From assembly GCA_037379345.1 (NCBI GenBank), contig CM074515.1, forward strand, positions 26,288,001 through 26,352,000: 64,000 nucleotides of DNA, given 5' to 3'. A program made the translations under genes and the position numbers. The DNA comes from Perna viridis. Taxonomy: Eukaryota. The stretch's first letter is position 1, and every line of letters begins with the position of its first letter. Shown here piece after piece: positions 1 to 9,849 of this stretch. Below the pieces are notes generated by a model. It was not told the origin of the DNA. It saw only the letters and a program-made list of their open reading frames with translations, and did not search any database.

Positions 1-911
1 ATACTTGGATATTGTGCAGGAATTTCAGTTACATTAATATTAGAGACTTTAAAATCTTTGGAATGTTTGACAAAAACATGGATAAATTAATATATATACT
101 CAAAAGAATTATTTTTGAAAAAAACCAAGTGCCAGCTTCAAGAATTATTTTGGTATTCTGGAGGACTACCTTGGGAATTTGAGATTAGCGGTAAATTGAA
201 TCACAATTTACTATTACAGTACTGTCATAAACAGTAAGGTTTCAGAACTATGACAGTACTGTTACAATACTGCAATGAATAGTACTGTGTCAACAGTCAA
301 TGCAACAGTACAATTTCAGTACAAAATAGAAATGTATAAGCCTAACGTTTGTAGATTGTTGGTAGTGTTTTTCATGTGATTTATTTAAAAAAAATCTTTC
401 TCAAGTTATTTTGTGGTCGCAATGTTTCAAGGACTTCGATGTTCTCTAATTTCAGCTCAATTTCCATACTTTTTGACTTGCTTGAGAATAAATTTCCTCT
501 CTAGAGACTATATTGTTCTTGGCAGATGATTGTTTCCAATTCTATTGTTGTGTTATAAAAATTAACTGGTTTGCTGTATGATTTTACACAAAAATTGTTT
601 TGGAAAGTTGCCAAGTTAATGTGCATATGAAGGTATAAGGTCAATAGAACAATTTTACACTGTGTTTCATGCCCAGGTATGTTTCTATAATCTCATTAGT
701 TGAATTTTCAATATTAAAATGCTCAGCGAGCCTCAAACTTTATAAATTTGAAACTAATCTATTTCTGTTGTAGAAGTGCCATTAACCACATGATGCAGTG
801 TACGATTCTATATACTTACATTACTTAAATTATCTTCTCCCATTATTAGAGGAAGAAATTTATTGTCAACTTACCTCTTTCATTCAAAAATGTTCATGAT
901 GTTATTTTTAG

Positions 912-3900
912 CTCACTACAAATCACAAGCAGCAATTGATGAAATGGTAAAAGATGCAGAAAAATATCCTGATTTAAGCGATGCCTATTTACAGAAAGCT
1001 GAAGTTTATAGGACAGAACGTGGAAAGGTCGAGAATAAGGATAATGTGATAAATGTTCTTGATGATATAGACAGGAAATGTGACGAATTGGAAAACTGTC
1101 TTAAAAGGTCAAAAGGTTTGTACAAAACTCAGTATTCTTATAATGTTGTGATTACATCAAATTTTGGAGGTCATAGGTTCAATCTCCCACCACATCACAT
1201 GAAGTACTAAAATTATGAGTCAATGCTTCTCTGCCAAGTACAGTAGCAGCAAAATGTAGGAGAAATTGATGGATTGGCTTGGAGTCAGAATAATGTATCT
1301 GCTTTGGTTGACATGTCTACCTGTGGGCTGTTGCTTCTTTTTCTTTTTAACTCTTATAGTAAGCTAAAAGAATATAAGTCCAGTGCTGTATTCGCTAGTA
1401 CAAATCAGAGTTCGATTGATTAAACATTTTCTTCCTGAAATGCCTGAAATATCTACCATACTTGGTTAGAAATGAAGCATTTCACCCTAATGTTAATCAG
1501 CGTTCTCCCCAGGATTTTTGGATAGTGCATGTGACATGACATTAATACATATAGGTCCTGTGTCTAAACTGTATTAACAGTTATAGTGTTTGACTATGAT
1601 GGTCATTGATGTGTCTCCATGTCATTGATGTGTCTCCATGTCATTGTTTGACTTTTAAGTCTATCATAAAGAAGTGTCATTGTTCTGTTAACACAGATTT
1701 TATTACTTTTGTTGTTGGGGCCTTCCAGAGCTTATTTGAAGGTGTGTTTACACATGTTGAAGACCTTTTGGTTTAATGATCTCTGTAAGTATTTATTATT
1801 TTTATTAAGGTTATAAGACGGTGCATTTGCTGTGTTTCGCAATATCTGTTCCTTTTTCTATAGGAATAAAACCACAATTAATCAATGTATTTTCCAGATG
1901 TCTTTGTAATGGATGGTTATACGTTGTCGTTCTATGAATCAGTCTTTTATTTTTCACTGTTTAAATTAATTTTTAATAAGATCAGAACACTTGCCATTAT
2001 TATCATATAGTAGTAGAGGTGTCCGTTTGTCAATATTTCCTTCCGTACTTCCTTCCATTACACTTGGGGGATCCATCTCTTATCTGCTACTCCTCCTTCT
2101 TTACCACTAAATGGAATTGAATGAAACTTTTACAGTTTCTTTATTACAATACATGTTCCCATTTTTCACCTCCTATTTAAAATTTTGATGAGAATGAATT
2201 TGTGGGTTTCACATAGCAAAACATGGACTTTGTCATTTGTGAACATGGGGACATGGAGGAACCAGCTCTTTTCTGTTACTCCTTCTACACCACTGAATGG
2301 AATTGAATGAAACTTTCACAGAATCTTTATTACATATTCCCATTGCACTCCTTATATTTTTTATTTTGACATAAATCAGTATAGAGGTCAAAAGGTGCAC
2401 ATTATCAAATAGGCTCACAGTTTTTCTAGTTTTAGCTAGTATACATGTGTGAGCATGTGTTTTGAAATATATGGTTTTGTGCTTCCTGACTATTTCAAAT
2501 CTTATTCAATTATGTTCTTATTATCAATTTAGATCAAAGATCAGTATTGATATAGCAATCACCAGGGCCTTTAGATTTGTAAAGCTTGACAGCATCTGTA
2601 ATTATCTTACACAACCACAGGAAAATTGTCCCATTGGCATACCCCATTAAGGTTCAAATGCAAGTAGTAAGGTCCACTTTATAAGTATTTCTAATATATC
2701 AAATTGATTCTACGTTACTTACGCCAGTAAACTAAACCAATAAGCAACTTTTACCATGAACTGAGTATGATTGATCCAATTAAAAAATAGTTGATATCTA
2801 ACATTTTATCAGCACTTATTGTCACTGTTGATATATCTGATATCTAACATCTTATCAGCACTTATTGTCACTGTTGATATATCTGATATCTAACATCTTA
2901 TCAGCACTTATTGTCATTGTTGATATATCTATATATTCAAGTTGCCTACAAATGCTTTATTCTTAGACACATAATAAACAATTTGATGTTCAGCTAGAAA
3001 TGAAAACTTTACAAGGTTATAAATAGTCATCAATCATAGAAATTGAAATATATAGAGGAATGATGAGTAACTGGGCTGAATAATGATTGGAAGAGCTGTC
3101 TGCAGGCATTGGTGGATCCAAATATTTACAAGACAAGGAGCAGTGATTCAGATCAAGAAAATTATATAAAGAAATGGCTCCAATTTATTGTCACTCACTT
3201 TTTTTTTCAATTTAAATGACGGGTAGCATAATCCCCAAAACCATCTTATTGTATTACCTACTGGATTGTGTATTTTTATTTTGGTAACCACCTCATAATA
3301 CGGAAAATTTGGATATGACAAATAAAAATAAAAACTTTGCGTGGACGATGGCATAGAAATTTCAATAATGCATTTCTTGGGAATAGTGTCAGTCTGTGGT
3401 CTGGTGATATTGCTTTTTGTAATAATCATTCTATTTCTCTATTTCACTGTGTGTTATGATAATAGAGCTGTAGGTACTGGTATTCTAGGACATGGTTTCA
3501 CAAAGCACTAATAAGACTTATTTACTTTTAAATCCTAAATGTACATGTAAATCCTTAACAAAATAATGCAACTTAAATGCAAGTAAGTCTTACCTAAGCT
3601 TTGTAAAAGGATGTCCTGGCCCCAGGGCTTTAAAAGTGCATGGCTTTCCAGCACCAGGCATAATTATTGAAATAATATTCTTAGATGTAGGTGTTAGTAT
3701 TAATGTATGTGTATCTGGAACTAGATGCCCAGAAACTGTGCACTTTTAAAGGACACATAAGTATTTATGTGATAACTTGTTGCAGTTGAACTGTATATCT
3801 GATCAACTGATAAATGTAGCTTCATGTAGTTAATAGGGACATGAATCTAATGACATGATTTATTTCAATGATTGTGGCTTAAGTTCGAATGTATGTACAC

Positions 3901-4737
3901 TACAGACAGTTTCTACCTGGAGGACGATAAATTGAATTCTGTGACTTGAAAATTTAGAAATTAGAAAAGGACATCAGGTAGTTTGTAGTTCAATTATGCA
4001 GTATGTTGGAGTGTTTTATGTTCATTCTTATAGTAATCCATGTAAACCGATATCGAACCTGAATATTGTATTACGGAAACTGCTGCACTGCTACAATGCA
4101 TCATTAATTATGGTGTGTGAGTTTTTAATGTCCTTCATAATCAGAATGGTGAATTTAAATATAAATCAAAGAGTTCAATGTTGACTTCTTGCAAAAATAA
4201 GCTTGACTGTGTTTAAACATATTTGAATTTGATCATCTTTCTTTCCATTTATCTCAAATTTTTTCTTTGATTTGATGATTATTTGAGGCGTATTAGAAGC
4301 ATAGATATTCAAAAAGTTAATTTAAATTAATTCAGTACACAAGAACTTTGATTTTTGAATTTGCTTTGATGTGAACAAAAATTCCATATTCAAATTTATT
4401 TTTTTCTGCAGACAGTGTATCAGAAGGATCAGATTACTGGCTGACAGGTTCCCAGTTCACGGCTGCTGATGTTGTCCTGGTTGTTTTTATTGATAGAATG
4501 AGTTTGCTTGGATTAACAGAACGTTACTTCAACATGGATGGTAGGCCACTTCTGTATGACTTTATACAGAGAGTTGGGCAAAAGAAATCTGTTCAGATGT
4601 TAAGAGCAGAGTTTAACAAATCAAAATCAGCATTTTTGTGGCTTAAAGTTAAATCAGCTCTTCCATTTGTCGCTAGTTTGACAACTCTTGGTGTTGCTGC
4701 TGGTGTAGGGTTATGGCTTTTAAAGAAGAAATTGTGA
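912..4737 (+). CDS. GDAP1: GDAP1-like (GST-family, tail-anchored) gene, last two coding exons 912-1115 and 4412-4737; earlier exons lie upstream of the window
   Basis: Splice sites ttttag|ct at 911/912, aag|gtttgt at 1115 and ctgcag|ac at 4411/4412 join in phase 1. The translation ...VLDDIDRKCDELENCLK...DYWLTGSQFTAADVVLVVFIDRMSLLGL...RPLLYDFIQRVGQKKS... fits the GDAP1 GST-C region. It ends in a hydrophobic helix followed by KKKL, a tail anchor. Confidence 0.85.
1270..1410 (+). mobile_element. Decayed SINE-like dispersed repeat (other copies about 32930-33040 and 33670-33790)
   Basis: The three loci share a ...gagtcagaataatgt...gacat..tacctgtggg...cagcatgttgg..ta core. Classification as a SINE is from recollection of bivalve repeats. 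Confidence 0.5.
2792..2929. repeat. Tandem repeat, 46-bp unit x3
   Basis: tgatatctaacatYttatcagcacttattgtcaYtgttgatatatc starting at 2792, 2838 and 2884. Confidence 0.95.
3487..3617. mobile_element. Degenerate MITE with imperfect terminal inverted repeats
   Basis: aggacat..tttcacaaagc..taagactta versus taagtctta..gctttgtaaaa..atgtcct. Confidence 0.55.
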
Positions 4738-5313
4738 AATCATGACAGACTTAATTTAAAGTAGCTACATGTATGTATATCAGTAACATAATTGAACTTA
4801 TATATTTTAAAGGAACTCTCTAATGGTGGCTTTTCATGTGCCAAAAATTGATTTTTTTTTTTAAATGGTTAACTAAATTTTGTAGTTTATGCAAAACAGA
4901 ACAGCATTTTGTAAATTCTTATTTCCTTTTTTATTATTTACAAATGAAATATATTTACCAATATTTCATGTAGCACATGGTTTCATATTGTTGCTGGCAA
5001 AATTGACTAGAACTTTCTACTATTAGCATTAATAAACTACAAGATAAACATGAACGTTTCCTACTGCTGCTTATAATGAAAAGATGTAAAATTGTATAGG
5101 ACCAGGTTAACTACACTGTATATAGGACCAAATATGTATTGGACCATTCCATTACATTGTTAAACAGGCATGTCTCCATGAGTAATATTTATTGAATATG
5201 AAATAGAAAATGCCCAATCAATAAAATAATTTTGTTTTAATTTACTCATACAGTTATGCAGGAATAGTATGATATTAAAGTCTTTTGAATAAAAGAATTT
5301 ATGCTGATTTATA

Positions 5314-5511
5314 CAGTGAAACATGTCTAAACCAAACCCTGGTTAAACTGGTAACCTGTTCTGGTTCAACTGGTAACCTGTGTAAACCAATCATCATATG
5401 AAGTCCTTTTGTATCAGTTTCAATATTTTTTAACTTGTTTAAAGCAAATATCTGCCTGGACCAAACAAACATCTCTGTCTAAAAGAGGTTTGGTTAAGAC
5501 AGTTTTCACTG
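5314..5511. mobile_element. Tc1/mariner-type MITE (TA target site)
   Basis: ta|cagtgaaacatgtctaaaccaaacc ... ggtttggttaagacagttttcactg|ta. A related, more decayed copy lies at about 30331-30496. Confidence 0.7.
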
Positions 5512-6240
5512 TATGTAGATATTATTATATTTTGAAAATTTATTAATATATATTAACATTGATAAGGTTAAATTAAATGCATTATCATCGTTGAATGGAA
5601 GAATTTCTGTGATGCAATTCTATAATTATAATTAAACAGAATGAATTTTATACTTTATACTTCTACATTTTTTTTCTTTGTTCACACAAAATTTCTTGGA
5701 GTTTATGTTTTATTTCGAGGAATATCTTATTCAAATTTTATAGTGCCACCTGCAGAACAGAACTGTTTTGGTCTGTTGGTTGCTACCTTTTTGGGGAAAA
5801 AGATTAAGAAGAATATCTTCCTTCTGCCATGAAATGGCAGAGTTTTGAATGCTTTCTTCATCATTTGTATCAGTTTATTTTGCAATTAACAATTTATTGT
5901 TCTCATATTACACCAAAGCACATAAACTATATAGTCAACTATTGCTTTCCTATTTCACTGATATTGACAAACTAGTCAGTTTACTTGTTACCTCCAATTT
6001 TTTATTCATATGGTTCATATGGTTTAATATTCTTATGCAATATCATTTGTATTTTGTTAATGCTAGTACTTCAAACTGCACAACTGAATAAAAATGATAG
6101 ATATATGTCTACATCTCGCTGTTGGTTAGTTTTGCCTACAAGTTTCACCACCACAAAAAATGCAATGAAATAGAAATACATCATATAAAACCTGTGGTAA
6201 TGTAAAAAGAACAACCCAACAAGATTTATTTTATTCAGAA

Positions 6241-8872
6241 CTAAGATCTATTTTTCATGAAGGTATAACCTAATCCAAAAGCAGTACCAACTACAGCTGT
6301 ACCTATAACATAAGGAATTATCCTTTTAAGCCCTGACCACAATGCAAATGTTACCATTTTTTGCATTTCTTTCCTTCGCATCTTGACAGATTTTCTTGCA
6401 TGTGCTCTTTGGTGATAAATGTATAAGAGAGGTCTGTTTGGTTTTCCAAAAAATCTGTCCTCCAATCGAAGAAGTGTCATTCTTTCCATAAAAACTACAA
6501 GATTGATATCAGCAACAGTGAAATATGCACCTGTTAACCAATAATCTTGTCCAGTTTTGGAAGACACTAACTACAATGATGATGAGGAAACGGATTAGGT
6601 AATAGAGGTGCCCAAGAAAATCTTCTAGTCATTAAAACAATTACCATTAGAGTTAATTGTTAAAATGATGAAATCCGGGACAGATCAAGAGATTTTAAAA
6701 GGAATTACAGGCTATTATTTGCTCATTTTTGTCAACTATTTGCATGAAATAAACCAAATTACATTTCTTATGCTGAAGCGTAAAAAAATTAAGAACTTTT
6801 GTCCAACATCACTTTTCTGAGCTTCTTACTTTGGAGTTTTATTCCCTTAAAATTTTATGTCCCCCCTTTATCTTACCTTGAAGTTCTTTTAATGTGTCCT
6901 CCAAATCGGCACACCTCTTCTCAATATCATCAAGACAATCTCTTACTTTGCTTTCTTTAAAGCTTCAAACAATGATGATTTTGTTTTTGAGGCTTTTTCA
7001 AGGATTACTGCCCGTAATTCGGGAATTTCATTCGCTTTCCTCTCCAGTTCTTTTACAGGTTCCATTTTTCCAACCTTTTCTGTAGATACATGTAATACAA
7101 CCAAACATTGTTGTGATATGATATATTTTAATCAGTTCAGATGCATTTTTTTGTTGTTGTTGGTTTTTTTGTTAACCATGTTATGTATAACCTATTCAAA
7201 AACTAGAAACATTTTGTTTGGGATTATTTTAATCTTGCGGAGTGCGGATCAATTGACGTTAATGACGTCACAATACCAAAGTAAGTTATACAAAAACAGA
7301 CATATACAACAAAGAACATAAAGTAACTAAAATCATACATACAAAGTAACAAAAGCAAATGAGCAACTCGGACTCCACTAAAAACTGGGAGCATGGACCA
7401 GGTACACCGGTAGGGTAAGCATCCTCTGCTTTTCTAGAAGCACCCGCCGAGTTGCTCACAAAAAGTCAAGTCCATGGTAGACAAACGAGGAAAGGACAAT
7501 TATGACTTGTTGAAATCAGTTTTCACAGTGCAGATGGATACACCATAACGATCCACGAGTTCATGATGACGACCATAAAACTTCTGTAGTGATGACTTCA
7601 ATCGGGTAGCATCATAATCCTGTTCCAGAAGCCTATTTGTTAGAGTTCTAGCGCGATACAAAAAGTCTGCGTAGTTTCGGCAAGCTCTGGCATACGAGTT
7701 GTGATATGAACACTCCATACGCAGGTGCTGATGGGATGTTGCCACAGATGAAAGGAAAGTTGACAATTATGAATGAAAAGTCATCACGTTTGTCGTAAAG
7801 TTTGGTCAATAGTTTTCCTTTACCATCGATTTCTAAGTGTAGGTTAAGATATGAGGCTGACTTCGCAGTGTCTGCAGTATCTTTTATCTCAAGTTCTTTG
7901 GGGTAGATGCGATGTATCAAATCCCCGAAATTAGGTTTGTTTAAAGATAATACGTCATCTATATAGCGGAAACTGAGCCAAACGATATTTTTTTCTTTCG
8001 GATTAGATCAGCTATAAAGTCAGCCTCATAAGAGTGAAGAAATAGGTCAGCAAGTAAAGGAGCACAATTAATTCCCATTGGAATGCCGACCGTTTGTTGA
8101 AAAACATGTCCACTACACTGGACAAATATAATGTCGATTAAAACTTGCATTTTGTAAACATCTACCTCTGTATATTTGAAAGATGATTTGGAATTATTTC
8201 TTACAAAGTATGAGAAATCGCCACCAAGAACTATATATTTGTATCTAGGTGTACCATCTTATTTAAAAAAACAACGACGTATAATGTTTTTAAGTCGAGA
8301 TTTTAACTGAGTATGGGGAATAGAAGTATACATTCTTGAAAAATCATAGGTTTTATGCTATTATATATATTCAGATAATAGTCGTTGAACTGATTGTCTC
8401 CAAAAGATCTTTCGAATTTTTCAGGATCCACGTTGAATTAATACCACTACGGGAGTAACAAGTGTTGTGGTAGGACTGCAAACCCTCTTTGACAGTTGTG
8501 AGTATAGAATTTAAAAGTTTTGACAGAGGTTTGGTGGTACATTTTGCAGATCCAGCTATGAAACATTGTTTGTATGGATTCTTGTGGGGTTAAGAATCCA
8601 GTACATAGACGGTAAATCACAATCATCGTCCTTGGTAGAGACCAAAAGAGGATAGCACAGTTTTATGGTTTTCCACAGTCTCTTCTTTGGAGAGTGTGGT
8701 AGCAGCATAGGTCTTATCACTGCTATTATAGTCTACGTCTACCTCTGATAATAAACATTGGACGTAAAACGTTTTGCAGACAAAAAAAAAAAGAAAAGAA
8801 AACAGCTATGATCACCTTGTGCGAATAATAGGACGAATAAAAATAATACAAAGTGAAGGTACGAGTCGCCAT
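6241..8872 (-). pseudogene. GDAP1-like paralog, probably disabled: exon 1 8872-8816, penultimate exon 7079-6877, last exon 6566-6241; middle exons absent
   Basis: Exon 1 reads MATRTFTLYYFYSSYYSHK|gt, like the GDAP1 N-terminal LYHWxxSFSSQK motif. The last exon VSSKTGQDYWLTGAYFTVADINLVVFMERM...TM-KNRS is colinear with the + copy. The penultimate exon is 203 nt versus 204 nt in the + copy and is frameshifted. The space between exon 1 and that exon is almost entirely retroelement. Confidence 0.75.
7293..8781 (-). mobile_element. Penelope-like retroelement (probably Naiad-type), 5'-truncated, frameshifted reverse transcriptase
   Basis: RT motifs QQTVGIPMGINCAPLLADLFL, FRYIDD, SASYLNLHL and LYDKRDDFSF..VNFPF..GNIPSAPAYGVFISQL. 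The RT ends without a C-terminal GIY-YIG domain, consistent with the N-terminal-endonuclease clade. Multiple frameshifts. Confidence 0.85.
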
Positions 8873-9849
8873 CTTTACTTCAGTCTACAGTAAACAAATA
8901 ACCCAATACTGTGTATATACATCCATATACCTTTACTATGATATAGCCGTCCGTGCGAGAGCCGACAGGGTAGTCAAGGGCGTTAAAGACCTACTTATTT
9001 AGACTATGATATACCAGAATATACACTACCGGTGTTTAATATCTATTTATTTAACTATTTATTGATATAGCTATAGAAATAATAGCGTTTATATGAAATT
9101 GATCTGTGAAGAAAAAAAAACACTGTTAGTCTTGAGATTAGGCCGTCAAATTGTTTTTTTTTCCAAATACCATTTCAAACAATATATGATGTTAGCATAT
9201 TGGCCCTGTTATAGGTTTGAGTTCTCTCATATTGGTCGAGGCGGTTGTATTGGTCCCGAGGCATCGCCGAGGGCCAATACGGCTGTCGAGGCCAATATGA
9301 TCGACCGAAACCTGTAACAGGGCCCATATGAAATTACATATCTATTGACAATTTTAATAACCAACTCAACTAGATGATTTGTAGAACAGTTGTTTTCGTG
9401 TTTTACCAAAAACATGTAGGTTTATTTGCATTAATCAACCCTATAAATATCCTTTTTGTATAAAATGGAAGATTTTTTTGAGTTTCTGCAGCTTTTAGTC
9501 CTGATGATCAAAGTTCATAAATCCAATTCTAACTCAAAATGGCGGTGTCAAACGACCAGAAGTTATGATGCCGTATTGGCCCTGGTTTGATCCATATTGG
9601 CCCTCTTTTTTCATATTGGCTCCGTATAGATGTCCGGTTTGAATTCATATCAATTGGTCAGTTTTTTTTTTTTTTACATATTTTGACGTATTTTAGGTAG
9701 TTGGTTAATAAAGTACTTAATAAAGAACTCGCTTAACATTATAATTGGTGCACAACGGTATTCCATATTGTGACGTTTTAGCTACTCTGACAACGTGACG
9801 GGAAGAACACTCAATAAAATGGAGCGAAAGCAAACGTCCCCGGGCTGAT

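Noticed and set aside
7293-8781. Selenocysteine recoding in the Naiad-like element
   Set aside because: I saw no in-frame TGA at Cys-like positions in the parts I translated and no convincing SECIS; the interruptions are ordinary frameshifts.
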